Assembly (NCBI RefSeq): GCF_036918015.1
Contig: NZ_JBALEO010000077.1
Location: 64,126-128,125, forward strand
DNA: 64,000 nt
DNA from: Nostoc sp.
GTDB taxonomy: Bacteria; Cyanobacteriota; Cyanobacteriia; Cyanobacteriales; Nostocaceae
Direction: 5' to 3'
Within the stretch, counting starts at the first letter, position 1, and every line of letters begins with the position of its first letter. Made by a program: the position numbers and the translations under genes. Positions 49,572-59,784 of the stretch are shown here, piece by piece. Below the pieces are notes generated by a model. It was not told where the DNA came from and made no database searches. It saw only the letters and a program-made list of their open reading frames with translations.

Positions 49572-50294
49572 ATGCTAGACCGAATTTTTGATTACCTCGA
49601 TTTTCATTTCAGCCTTGAAGCCCTTATAGTTCTGGCGATCCTGGTGCTTTTAGAGGCGCTGTTATCTGCCGACAATGCCATCGCCCTAGCTGCGATCGCT
49701 AGGGGGCTGGAAGACAAAGAACTTGAGCGTAAAGCTTTGAACTTTGGTTTAGTCGTTGCCTATGTGCTGCGAATCACCCTGATTCTTACTGCCACTTGGG
49801 TACAACAATTCTGGCAATTTGAATTATTGGGCGCTACTTATCTCCTGTGGTTGGTATTCCAACACTTTACCTCGGAAGAATCTAAGGACGATCGCCATCA
49901 CGGGCCGCGCTTTAATTCATTGTTGCAAGCGATACCTGTGATTGCATTTACAGATTTGGCATTTTCTTTGGATAGCGTGACAACTGCGATCGCAGTTTCT
50001 CAAGAAAAATGGCTAGTGCTAACGGGTGCAACAATTGGTATTATTGCGTTGCGATTCATGGCAGGATTATTCATTCGTTGGCTAGACGAATACGAAAACC
50101 TAGAGGATGCAGGCTATGTAACTGTCGCCTTGGTGGGTTTACGCTTGTTGTTGAAAGTACTCAACGATAGTTTAGTTCCACCAGAATGGATCATGATTGC
50201 TGCCATCTTCCTGATTTTAGGCTGGGGATTTTCCAAGCGCGTTGGTACTGAATCACCCCAAATAGAACCGGAAAAGAGCGAAGTCTCTAAATAA
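49572..50294 (+). CDS. TerC-family integral membrane protein
   Basis: LEALLSADNA, DLAFSLDSV. Confidence 0.9.
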   Translation: MLDRIFDYLDFHFSLEALIVLAILVLLEALLSADNAIALAAIARGLEDKELERKALNFGLVVAYVLRITLILTATWVQQFWQFELLGATYLLWLVFQHFTSEESKDDRHHGPRFNSLLQAIPVIAFTDLAFSLDSVTTAIAVSQEKWLVLTGATIGIIALRFMAGLFIRWLDEYENLEDAGYVTVALVGLRLLLKVLNDSLVPPEWIMIAAIFLILGWGFSKRVGTESPQIEPEKSEVSK

Positions 50295-50309
50295 GTGAGG
50301 AGGAAGGAA

Positions 50310-50430
50310 GAGTTAGGAGTGAGGAGTGAGGAGTTATTAATTATTATGAGTTTTTAACTCCTAACTCCTAACTCCTAACTCATAACTCCTAACTCCTAAC
50401 TTTTGTACAGACGCGATTTATCGCGTCTCC
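50310..50430. repeat. STRR (GAGTTAG/CTCCTAA) arrays plus REP-like agacgcgatttatcgcgtct
   Basis: Seen directly between convergent terC and ndk. Confidence 0.8.
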
Positions 50431-50433
50431 CCC

Positions 50434-50883
50434 TTACTCGTGCAACCAAGGCGTTAAGTGTGGTTGCCAACTGACCAATTCTTCATCCTTAAACCACAGG
50501 GCAATTTCCTGTTGCGCGGTTTCTGGAGCATCAGAACCGTGGATTAAGTTGCGACCAATATTCAGTCCAAAATCGCCGCGAATCGTTCCTGGCTCTGCTG
50601 TTAAAGGGTTTGTCGCACCAATAATCTTTCTGGCAGATGCAATAACACCATCACCTTCCCATACCATCGCTACCACTGGGCTAGAAGTTATAAATTCCAC
50701 TAGACCACCAAAAAAGGGACGTTCTCGGTGAACGCCATAGTGTTGTTCAGCCAATTCTCGACTGACTTTTAGTAACTTTAAACCAACCAGGGTAAAACCT
50801 TTGGTTTCAAAGCGACGGATAATTTCACCTACTAATCCCCGCTGGACTCCATCAGGCTTAATTGCTAAAAATGTGCGCTCCAT
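50434..50883 (-). CDS. ndk: Nucleoside diphosphate kinase
   Basis: [34 protein letters not shown]. Confidence 0.98.
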   Translation of the reverse strand: MERTFLAIKPDGVQRGLVGEIIRRFETKGFTLVGLKLLKVSRELAEQHYGVHRERPFFGGLVEFITSSPVVAMVWEGDGVIASARKIIGATNPLTAEPGTIRGDFGLNIGRNLIHGSDAPETAQQEIALWFKDEELVSWQPHLTPWLHE

Positions 50884-50925
50884 TGCTATCTCCCAAAGCT
50901 TAATAAAGTTTTTATCTAGTCAATT

Positions 50926-51005
50926 GTCCTTTGTCCTTTGTCCTTTGTCCAAAGGTTTTGCACTAATGACCAATGACCAATGACCAATGACTAATGACCA
51001 ATGAC
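50926..51005. repeat. STRR arrays (TGTCCTT)n and (TGACCAA)n
   Basis: Tandem heptamers in the ndk-speA divergent intergenic region. Confidence 0.85.
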
Positions 51006-51114
51006 TCTTGACCAATCAGAGTTTATCTCAGAAATTATCTTTGGGTGCATATACGTTCCCAGATGAATGCGCTAAATTGTTAACTCGTGGGTGAAAAACA
51101 GAGGTTAGGAAGAA

Positions 51115-53130
51115 ATGGGTGTTGAGTCAACTGCTACATCTGACGAGGTGGTACAAGTACCGTCCAATGGACAAAAAGAAGTGAAAAGTCATAAACAAAA
51201 AAAACTGTTACCACCGAGTCCTACCACAGGAGATTTACCTCGCTCCTGGAAAATTGAGGATAGCGAAGCCTTGTACCGGATTGAAGGATGGGGACAACCT
51301 TATTTTTCCATTAGCGCTGCTGGTCACGTTACCGTGTCACCCAAGGGCGATCGCGGGGGTTCTCTTGACTTGTTTGAATTGGTCAACTCCATGAAACAGC
51401 GCAACTTGGGACTTCCCATGTTGATTCGCTTTTCTGATATTTTGGAAGACCGGATTGAGCGGTTGAACGCTTGTTTTAATAAAGCGATCGCTCGCTACAA
51501 TTACCCTGGTGTCTACCGTGGCGTGTTTCCCGTCAAATGCAATCAAGAACGGCATTTGATTGAGGATTTAGTCAAATTTGGCAAACCCCATCAATTTGGT
51601 TTAGAAGCTGGTTCCAAGCCAGAATTAATGATTGCTCTGGCTGTGTTGGATACACCAGGAGCATTGTTAGTTTGCAACGGTTACAAAGACCGGGAATACA
51701 TCGAAACGGCAATGTTAGCCCAAAGACTAGGGCAAACACCAATCATCGTCTTAGAACAGATTGAAGAGGTTGATTTGGTAATTGATGCCAATCGCCAGTT
51801 AGGTATTAAGCCAATATTAGGTGTTCGTGCTAAACTCAGTACCCAAGGCATGGGACGTTGGGGAGCCTCCAGTGGCGATCGCGCTAAATTTGGTTTGACA
51901 ATGCCTGAAGTAATCGAGGCTGTTGACAAGTTACGCGAAGCTGACCTGCTCGATTCTTTGCAGTTGATGCACTTCCACATCGGCTCACAAATCTCTGCCA
52001 TTAATGTGATTAAAGATGCCATCCAAGAAGCCAGCCGCATTTATGTAGAATTGTCGATGCTGGGGGCGGATATGAAATACCTTGATGTTGGTGGCGGCTT
52101 GGGCGTAGATTATGATGGCTCCCAAACCAACTTCTATGCATCGAAAAATTACAACATGCAGAACTATGCCAACGACATCGTGGCAGAGTTAAAAGATACC
52201 TGTGCGGAACGCCAAATTACCGTACCAACACTGATTAGTGAAAGTGGACGAGCGATCGCTTCCCATCAGTCAGTACTGATTTTTGATGTTCTTAGTACCA
52301 GCGATGTCCCCCTCGATTCACCAGAACCTCCACAAGAGGGAGAATCCCCAATTATTAATTATCTTTGGGAAAGCTATCAATCCATCAACCAAGAGAATTA
52401 CCAAGAGTTGTACCACGACGCCGCACAATTCAAAGAAGAAGCCATTAGCCGCTTCAACTTAGGAATTTTACGCCTTAGAGAACGAGCCAAAGCCGAACGC
52501 CTCTACTGGGCTTGTTGTCAAAAAATTCTTACTATCACTAGACAGCAAGAATACGTACCCGATGAGTTGGAAGACCTAGAGAAAATTATGGCTTCCATCT
52601 ACTACGTGAATATGTCAGTGTTCCAATCAGCACCAGATTGCTGGGCGATCGACCAGCTATTCCCAATCATGCCAATCCACCGCTTAGATGAAGAACCAAC
52701 GCGGCGGGGAATTTTGGCAGACCTCACCTGCGACAGTGATGGTAAGATCGACCGCTTTATAGACCTGCGCGATGTCAAATCGGTTTTAGAGTTGCACACC
52801 TACAAACCTGGAGAACCCTATTATTTGGGAATGTTCTTGAATGGAGCTTACCAGGAAATCATGGGCAATTTGCACAACCTCTTTGGGGATACCAACGCCG
52901 TTCACATTCAATTGACGCCCAAAGGCTACCAGATTGAACACATCGTCAAAGGTGACACCATGAGTGAAGTGGTAAGCTACGTCCAGTATGACTCCGAAGA
53001 TATGGTGGAAAACATTCGCCAACGTTGCGAGAAAGCATTAGAAGAAAAGCGCATTACCCTAGCGGAATCTCAGCGACTACTGCAAACCTACGAGCAGAGT
53101 CTTAGAAGATATACGTACTTAAATAGTTAG
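51115..53130 (+). CDS. speA: Biosynthetic arginine decarboxylase
   Basis: VFPVKCNQ, GLEAGSKPEL, HFHIGSQI, DVGGGLGVDYDG, DLTCDSDG, GAYQEIMGNLHNLFG. Confidence 0.97.
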   Translation: MGVESTATSDEVVQVPSNGQKEVKSHKQKKLLPPSPTTGDLPRSWKIEDSEALYRIEGWGQPYFSISAAGHVTVSPKGDRGGSLDLFELVNSMKQRNLGLPMLIRFSDILEDRIERLNACFNKAIARYNYPGVYRGVFPVKCNQERHLIEDLVKFGKPHQFGLEAGSKPELMIALAVLDTPGALLVCNGYKDREYIETAMLAQRLGQTPIIVLEQIEEVDLVIDANRQLGIKPILGVRAKLSTQGMGRWGASSGDRAKFGLTMPEVIEAVDKLREADLLDSLQLMHFHIGSQISAINVIKDAIQEASRIYVELSMLGADMKYLDVGGGLGVDYDGSQTNFYASKNYNMQNYANDIVAELKDTCAERQITVPTLISESGRAIASHQSVLIFDVLSTSDVPLDSPEPPQEGESPIINYLWESYQSINQENYQELYHDAAQFKEEAISRFNLGILRLRERAKAERLYWACCQKILTITRQQEYVPDELEDLEKIMASIYYVNMSVFQSAPDCWAIDQLFPIMPIHRLDEEPTRRGILADLTCDSDGKIDRFIDLRDVKSVLELHTYKPGEPYYLGMFLNGAYQEIMGNLHNLFGDTNAVHIQLTPKGYQIEHIVKGDTMSEVVSYVQYDSEDMVENIRQRCEKALEEKRITLAESQRLLQTYEQSLRRYTYLNS

Positions 53131-53250
53131 GAGTTAGGAGTGAAGAGTTAGGAATAAAGTTAAGAGTTAGAAGTGAAGAGTGAAACACAAAATAATAACT
53201 CCTAACTCCTAACTCCTAACTTCTAACTCCTAACTCCTAACTCCTAACTT
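53127..53250. repeat. Inverted STRR arrays (GAGTTAG)n / (CTCCTAA)n, possible bidirectional terminator
   Basis: Complementary heptamer arrays between convergent genes. Confidence 0.75.
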
Positions 53251-54419
53251 TAATTTACGTTCGTCCCCAACAATTCCTCTATCGCTTGTCGCTCAACAGG
53301 GGTATGTGATGGTGGTGTTTGACGAGCATCGGTAATCAGCCAGTCTAAAGCAGCAGCTTGAACATCGATCGCAGCGCCAGTTTTATCTACGCAATAACGT
53401 CCAAATACCAGTTTATCGACTAACCGGACTCCAGGGCCCAAGCGCGACCATTCAAAAATCACGCTATTTTCCACTGTTGCGCCACTACAAATCCAACAAT
53501 TGGGGCCAATCATTGCTGGCCCGACAATTTTAGCTCCGTCTTCGATTCTCGTCATCCCGCCAATGTAAACGGGGCCTGTAATATCTACTTTGTCCCAATT
53601 GACAGCGACATTTAAGCCCGTGTAGATGCCGGGGGCGACTTCATGACCAGGAATTTGCACATTTTTGATTTCACCCAGCAGTACACCGCGAATCGCCCGC
53701 CAATAGTCTGGTACTTTACCAATATCTACCCATTCAAAGTCCATCGGAATGGCGTAAAAGGGGGCTTTGATTTCTACCAATTTGGGAAATAATTGGCTAC
53801 CAATGTCATATTCAACATCAGAGGGAATATAGTTAAAAACCTCTGGCTCAAAGATATAAATACCTGTGTTGATGTTGGTGCTGAGGGCTTCTTCAGTTGA
53901 AGGTTTTTCTTGGAAAGCTTTGACACGACCATCTTCGTCAGTCACAACCACACCATAGCTAGAAACTTCTTCCTTGGGGACAGATTTAGTGATAATGGTA
54001 GCGATCGCTCCTTTGGATTTATGCCATTTAACCGCCGCAGTTAAATCCAAGTCAATCAAAGCATCACCGCACAAAACCACAAAGGTATCATCAAAAAAGG
54101 GTGAGAAGTCTTGGATGCGGCGCATCCCTCCAGCTGAACCAATTGCTTCTCCCTCCAGTTTACCCTCGTCATTAATTTTCCCTTCAAATGAATAGGCAAT
54201 CTGCACCCCAAACCGCTGACCATCACGGAAATAGTTTTCTATTTCCTCAGCCAAATGACTAACATTGACCATAATTTGGTCAAATCCATGTTGGCGTAAC
54301 AGTTCCAGCAAGAACTCCATCACTGGCTTTTGCAGGATGGGAATCATTGGTTTGGGAATTGTATAGGTAATCGGACGCACGCGAGTACCCTTGCCAGCCG
54401 CGAGAATCATCGCTTTCAT
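53250..54419 (-). CDS. cugP: NDP-sugar pyrophosphorylase (cyanobacterial UDP-glucose pyrophosphorylase CugP-like)
   Basis: MKAMILAAGKGTRVRPIT..PKPM, WVDIGKVPDYW, C-terminal hexapeptide repeats. Confidence 0.7.
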   Translation of the reverse strand: MKAMILAAGKGTRVRPITYTIPKPMIPILQKPVMEFLLELLRQHGFDQIMVNVSHLAEEIENYFRDGQRFGVQIAYSFEGKINDEGKLEGEAIGSAGGMRRIQDFSPFFDDTFVVLCGDALIDLDLTAAVKWHKSKGAIATIITKSVPKEEVSSYGVVVTDEDGRVKAFQEKPSTEEALSTNINTGIYIFEPEVFNYIPSDVEYDIGSQLFPKLVEIKAPFYAIPMDFEWVDIGKVPDYWRAIRGVLLGEIKNVQIPGHEVAPGIYTGLNVAVNWDKVDITGPVYIGGMTRIEDGAKIVGPAMIGPNCWICSGATVENSVIFEWSRLGPGVRLVDKLVFGRYCVDKTGAAIDVQAAALDWLITDARQTPPSHTPVERQAIEELLGTNVN

Positions 54420-54696
54420 AAAAATTTATCCCTCAACCACAAGCCAGTTTACTTTCATCGAGTGATACTTAATCATCAGTTTTTATTTCTTCTCTAAGTC
54501 ATCCCCCAGAATAGGGATAACAAGAATTCAGTGGTTATTACAACCATCGATATACTTAGATGACAAGCGATCGCTTATCTTTTCAATTTACTCGGATTTT
54601 GGGGCTGAATCAAAAATCTATGACAATGTAGGCAGCAGCTATGCTGGAGCCAGGAGGAAAATCCCATAAATAAATTCCTATTTTTCTCATAAGGAA

Positions 54697-54861
54697 GCCT
54701 GAACCTGGATTTCTCACAAGTGAGAAATCCAAAGGGTGTGGGAGGTGTGGGAGGTGTGGGAGGTGTGGGAGGATGGGGAAGAAGTCTTACCCCCCACACT
54801 CCCCACACTCCCCACACTCCTCTTCCCCTGAAGCCTACACTATGCGTGAGAAATCCGGGCT
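54697..54861. mobile_element. MITE-like element with internal 9-10-mer repeats
   Basis: Ends cctggatttctcac / gtgagaaatccggg; (ggaggtgtg)n and (ccccacact)n complementary arrays. Confidence 0.65.
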
Positions 54862-54984
54862 GAAATCTTGTTAATGCCAAGGATTCACTTTGCTTCCTGC
54901 TTCACTTCGACTCCTTTCAACTCAGCACGGGACAAACGCCCGGCTGCCGCTAACAGCACTCGGAACTCAGCACTCTTCATAGAC

Positions 54985-55818
54985 TTAGTTCATCGGATTC
55001 TCAAAAGGTTTGCCGATATGAGCTGAATCTCTAATTAAGCGAATTTTAATTTCATGATAAAAATCCTCTTGAAATAGCTCTACTTTCGATTGAGCCGAGA
55101 GTAATAGTAGTGCCCAGAAAACGCTAACTAGGTTACTGTGTTCAGACTCATGTCCAGACCCATTTTGCTTGAAAAGCTTTGTCTTAGTCCACAATTCTAC
55201 AAGTTGTTCTAAATTCACCCAATTGTGTTCTAAACTTAGGTCTATTGTCGACAATTTCAACACCTGCTCCAGTTCTCCAGCGACTTCTGTCAGATTTTCC
55301 TGGTGAGCTAACTCCAGCGCCTCCCGCATACTTTGGACGCTAGGTTGACGCCTGGGACGGATAGGTTTGCTGACTTTTTCTACCAGTTTCAGTTGGTTCG
55401 CCATAATCTGCAATTGCTTGATTAACTCTTGCAGAGTTACTCGGCGCTTTGGTGGCGGCATTGCCGCTGGACGACGACGCAATTGCCGTTCTAATGGTAG
55501 ACGATGACCCTGATGTAATACACCGTCTTCACCTTCTAAGAGGGCATCATCTTCTATACCATCTTGTGCATCTCCGACTGTTGACAATTGCATCAAGGTA
55601 TTGGCTTTGAATAATACCAACATTGATGCTGATAAAAATGCCTGTCCAGATTGAGACAAGTCGGCTTCATAGCCTCTTGTTATTGCCCCTGGTGCCATCA
55701 GTTCTAAATAGCGGTCAATCACCTCAATCACTTGGACATCCCAAGGATCAATTTCACCCTGCTCGGCTTGGTAAATCAAAAATGTGATTGTTTCTAACAG
55801 CTCGGAAGCTTCCATCAA
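54985..55818 (-). CDS. scpA: Segregation and condensation protein A
   Basis: IDPWDVQVIEVIDRYL, RRVTLQELI, FWALLLLSAQSKVELFQ. Confidence 0.9.
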   Translation of the reverse strand: MMEASELLETITFLIYQAEQGEIDPWDVQVIEVIDRYLELMAPGAITRGYEADLSQSGQAFLSASMLVLFKANTLMQLSTVGDAQDGIEDDALLEGEDGVLHQGHRLPLERQLRRRPAAMPPPKRRVTLQELIKQLQIMANQLKLVEKVSKPIRPRRQPSVQSMREALELAHQENLTEVAGELEQVLKLSTIDLSLEHNWVNLEQLVELWTKTKLFKQNGSGHESEHSNLVSVFWALLLLSAQSKVELFQEDFYHEIKIRLIRDSAHIGKPFENPMN

Positions 55819-56118
55819 CAGGTTCTAAGTTAATTAATGAGAATCAAAATACTGTAAATTCAACACTAAACTAATTGACTATTGGCAAAGCGTGTACTGT
55901 ATACATTCGCTTTTGCTTCTTTTATTCAGAAATTGCCTGCTGGCAGTATCCTCTACAATTTGTAATCGATCACCATTGTGAATTGTGATATTGGATTGTG
56001 CAACTTTTGAGTTGGGCAATGGGCGGGGAGGGGGCAGAGGGGAAAACATTTACTGCAACTTCTCCCCTGCTCCCCTGCCCCTCCGCTCCCCTGCCCCTGC
56101 TCCTGTCCTTCTGCTACC

Positions 56119-57213
56119 TTAATCAGGGGGCGGATCGCGACCAATAGTGACAGTTGAGACAAAATCACTCGGCTTACCGCTCTTAATAGCATCGAAAGTG
56201 CCTTTAATCGTACCAGCAATGGGAACAGCAACAAGCGTCCCTAACAACCCAGCAATCTCAAATCCCATCAAAATAGCCACAAAAATCCAGATGGGATTCA
56301 GTCCGATAAAATTGCCGAGTAACCTGGGAGCTAACAAGTTATCTTTAAGCTGCTGCATGAGAATTGCCGCGATCGCAACTTGAACTGCCAACCACCAATT
56401 TTGCAGTAGTACTAAAATTGTCACCAGACCAATACCCAGAGATGCCCCAATAAAGGGAATGAGTTCTGAGATACCGATTAATATGGCAAACAACAGGGCA
56501 AAGGGCACTTTCATCACTAAGAAAATTGGTGTCAGGGTTAGCACCATGAACAATCCGAGTAACAATTGGCTGAGGAAAAAGTTCTGGAAGTTTAGGCGCA
56601 AGGATGTGGTGAGGGGATCTCCAATGTTAGAAGGCAAAAGATTGATCAGACCATACCAGACGCGATCGCCATATAAAAGCATATAAAATGCAAGCACGAT
56701 AACTAACACTACGTCAAGTAATCCTGACAGCAGTGTGCCAGCAAATCCCACTGCCCCAGAAGCTAGCTGTTGCACCACATTCTGAATGTTGGCATTGATT
56801 TGACTGCTCACAACCCTCAGATCGACTGGCAAACGTCGTTGCTTTGCCAACATCTCAAACTGCTCTAGGTTTGCTTGACTGGCGGTTAACCAATCAGGGA
56901 TCTTATTTAACAGTTGGATTGTTTGGTCAATGATCAACGGTACTAGGGTGACACCCAAAATCCCAAGCAGGGTTAATGTTGCCAGTAAAACTACGATCAC
57001 CGCCTGAGTGCGGGTGATCTGAGCACGTTCAAAGAACTTAACCGGGTAATTTAGGAGAAAAGCCAGAATCGCTGCAATGAGCAATACAGTAATAGGATGC
57101 TGGAAATAGCGAAAAAGCACAGACAGCAACCAGACATTGAGAGCGATAATCGGACCGCTCAGACCATAAATTAACAAGCGTTGAAGGGAGGCTGAACGGC
57201 GCATCTGACGCAA
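56119..57213 (-). CDS. AI-2E family transporter
   Basis: LAFLLNYPV, LIPFIGA, DNLLAPRLLG, GLLGTLVAVPIA. Confidence 0.9.
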   Translation of the reverse strand: MRQMRRSASLQRLLIYGLSGPIIALNVWLLSVLFRYFQHPITVLLIAAILAFLLNYPVKFFERAQITRTQAVIVVLLATLTLLGILGVTLVPLIIDQTIQLLNKIPDWLTASQANLEQFEMLAKQRRLPVDLRVVSSQINANIQNVVQQLASGAVGFAGTLLSGLLDVVLVIVLAFYMLLYGDRVWYGLINLLPSNIGDPLTTSLRLNFQNFFLSQLLLGLFMVLTLTPIFLVMKVPFALLFAILIGISELIPFIGASLGIGLVTILVLLQNWWLAVQVAIAAILMQQLKDNLLAPRLLGNFIGLNPIWIFVAILMGFEIAGLLGTLVAVPIAGTIKGTFDAIKSGKPSDFVSTVTIGRDPPPD

Positions 57214-57331
57214 CCTATTTTAGATATTTATTCAGAGAATTTGTAAAATTCTTGATGGCACTGATTATCATCATAGATATTTTTGACAAAGATATATATA
57301 AGCGTATCTGATAGCAAGGAAACAAATCACA

Positions 57332-57976
57332 ATGGACAAAACGGTAGCTGACCTTCGCAAAGACTACACCTTGGAAGGTTTAAGCGAACTCGAAGTAGAA
57401 CTCAATCCTTTTATCCAATTTAAAAAATGGTTCGATCAAGCTTTAGCAGCACAACTCCCCGAACCCAATGCCATGACTATTGCCACAGCCACACCAGACG
57501 GTAATCCCTCAGCTAGAATGGTGCTGCTCAAGGATTTTGATGAACGGGGCTTTGCCTTCTTCACCAACTACAACAGCCACAAAGCACAACAACTAGCAGA
57601 AAATCCCCAGGCGGCTTTAGTCTTTTGGTGGGCAGAACTAGAACGTCAAGTCAGAATTTCGGGGTATGTGGAGAAAGTTTCCGAAACTGAGTCTGACCAG
57701 TATTTTGAAAGTCGCCCTGCCAAAAGTCGCTTGGGTGCGTGGGTATCTAATCAAAGCGAGGTGATAGAAAGCCGAGAAGTTCTTGAGCGACGCGTGCAGG
57801 AATTCCAGAGCAAATATGAAAATCAGGAGATTCCTCGACCGCCTCATTGGGGAGGCTTACGAGTGATCCCTACAGAAATTGAATTTTGGCAAGGACGCCC
57901 TAGCCGTTTGCACGATCGCTTACTCTATAGCCGTTTAGATAATAGCACTTGGAAAATTGAGCGATTGTCACCCTGA
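57332..57976 (+). CDS. pdxH: Pyridoxamine 5'-phosphate oxidase
   Basis: [42 protein letters not shown]. Confidence 0.97.
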   Translation: MDKTVADLRKDYTLEGLSELEVELNPFIQFKKWFDQALAAQLPEPNAMTIATATPDGNPSARMVLLKDFDERGFAFFTNYNSHKAQQLAENPQAALVFWWAELERQVRISGYVEKVSETESDQYFESRPAKSRLGAWVSNQSEVIESREVLERRVQEFQSKYENQEIPRPPHWGGLRVIPTEIEFWQGRPSRLHDRLLYSRLDNSTWKIERLSP

Positions 57977-58060
57977 AGAAGAGGCAGGGGGCAGGGGAGC
58001 AGGGGGGCAGGGGAGAAAGATAATTGCAGTCAGTTTTTCTCCTCTGCCCCAGCATTCCTC

Positions 58061-58687
58061 TTACCACTGGGCGATCGCGTCTTGAATTGCTGCCCTTGCT
58101 TCTGATAGAGATTGGGTACGGGCAGCATCACCTTCATTCAAGCTATTAGCGTTAATAAATTGAATATCTGTAAGCCCAATAAAGCCGAAAATCGTCCGCA
58201 GGTAGGGTTCTTGGAAGTCATAGGGAGCGGCAGGAGATTTCGCCGTAAAGTCACCGCCGCGAGATGTGATGACAACTGCCTTTTTACCCTCAACTAACCC
58301 TCTATAACCGCCTTGAGCATCTATAGCAAAAGTCCGGTTAGGGCGAACGATTTGGTCGATGTAAGCCTTGAAAGTGGAAGGTATATTAAAGTTGTACATT
58401 GGCACTCCAAAGACGTAGCGATCGGCTGCCAAAAACTCATCAATCAGTTCGTCAGAAATCCTCAGTGCCTCAATTAATTCTGGGGTATGGGTTTCTGGTG
58501 GTGAAAATGATGCTGCAACCCAAGCTTCATTAACGTGAGGAACTGGGTAATGCCCTAAATCTCGATAAGCGATCGCATCTTCAGGATGCGCTGCTTTCCA
58601 AGCACTGACGAATTCTTTGGATAGTTCTCTAGAGTGCGATCGTTCACCACGGGGGCTGGAATCAATATGTAGAATGTTTACCACCAA
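58061..58687 (-). CDS. azoR: FMN-dependent NADH-azoreductase
   Basis: ILHIDSSPRGERSHS, PMYNFNIPSTFKAYID, ITSRGG. Confidence 0.92.
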   Translation of the reverse strand: MVVNILHIDSSPRGERSHSRELSKEFVSAWKAAHPEDAIAYRDLGHYPVPHVNEAWVAASFSPPETHTPELIEALRISDELIDEFLAADRYVFGVPMYNFNIPSTFKAYIDQIVRPNRTFAIDAQGGYRGLVEGKKAVVITSRGGDFTAKSPAAPYDFQEPYLRTIFGFIGLTDIQFINANSLNEGDAARTQSLSEARAAIQDAIAQW

Positions 58688-58757
58688 ATATCTCCTGATT
58701 AACTAGGATTTACTGCTTTTACTTTTCTTTGAGTCTTTATTTCAAAGCATTACATCA

Positions 58758-58808
58758 GATACTAAAAGTAACTAGTTACTAAAGTAAAGTAGTTACCATA
58801 AAGTAACT
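58758..58808. promoter_or_regulatory. Cluster of palindromic operator-like sites upstream of azoR
   Basis: agtaactagttact (58767-58780) and agttac-N6-gtaact (58791-58808), plus gatactaaaagtaac. Confidence 0.55.
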
Positions 58809-58820
58809 ATTGGTTGAAGA

Positions 58821-59053
58821 AGAATTCAGAAGTCAGAATTCAGGAGTCAGAATCAAGACGCTTGCTGACTCGCTAACGCTTCGCTATCAGTCGGTGATTC
58901 AGACTTGCGACTAATTGAAGACCACCAAATTTTCAATTTAGTGGGGGTACAAAAACGTCGATTATTCAGACGCTCGAAGACTCGCTAACGCTACGCTATC
59001 CGCCAGTCGTACAGAAAACATTGCTGAATTCTGACTCCTGACTCCTGAATTCT
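58821..59053. mobile_element. MITE-like element with STRR-derived TIRs and nested ctcgctaacgct(a/t)cgctatc repeats
   Basis: agaattcagaagtcagaattcaggagtcag / ctgaattctgactcctgactcctgaattct; similar ends at about 13658-13712. Confidence 0.6.
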
Positions 59054-59168
59054 GTTGGATAATTTTGGCTAACTTATCGATAGTAATGTTTAACCATAAA
59101 TTACACAAGTTTTATCTCAAACCTAAGTATTTTTAGGGTTATTGTCCAAGATATTTTGATTGTGGGCT

Positions 59169-59750
59169 TCAAGACAGTTCCATCCATACCGAAAGATCCT
59201 CCATACCAAATAGAGGAAGTTTTTGAATACCAGCTTTTTCGAGGCTGTTGTCTTGTGTACTTCCGCGCCAGATTACGCAGAGTACGAAGTCCACGATCGC
59301 TCCCTCATTACGCAACGCATCGGTACTTTTTACAACCTGACCACCTGTTGTAATCACGTCTTCAATGATACACAATTTTTTCCCTTGAATATCAATTCCT
59401 TCTGCTAGCTTCTCAGTACCATATTCTTTTTTTGTCTTCCGAACAAAGACAACTGGTAATTCAACTTCTAATGAAATTGCTGTTGCTAAAGGAACTCCCC
59501 CTAATTCCAGTCCGGCTAAAATTTCCGTGTCTGGTGGAATTTTTTTTACCATTTCTTTAGCTAACCGCTTTAGTAACAAAGGATTAGATTCAAACTGATA
59601 TTTGTCAAAGTAATGGTCAGATATCTGACCAGAACGTAACCGAAACTCGCCTTTCAAATAGGAAACACGAACAATTTCTTTGGCTAATTCGCTATGACTC
59701 ATTTTTACAAAAAACTGGATAAAGTGTAAAAAAGCCGATGGAGAACGCAT
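59169..59750 (-). CDS. pyrE: Orotate phosphoribosyltransferase (probable start 59702)
   Basis: GEFRLRSGQISDHYFDK, VFVRK, IIEDVITTGG PRPP motif. Confidence 0.85.
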   Translation of the reverse strand: MRSPSAFLHFIQFFVKMSHSELAKEIVRVSYLKGEFRLRSGQISDHYFDKYQFESNPLLLKRLAKEMVKKIPPDTEILAGLELGGVPLATAISLEVELPVVFVRKTKKEYGTEKLAEGIDIQGKKLCIIEDVITTGGQVVKSTDALRNEGAIVDFVLCVIWRGSTQDNSLEKAGIQKLPLFGMEDLSVWMELS

Positions 59751-59784
59751 CGGCTTAACTGATAATCTTCAACAGATAAATAGT

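Noticed and set aside
54575-54880. 101 aa ORF with VWG/PPT repeats
   Set aside because: Translation of a repeat element, not a credible gene
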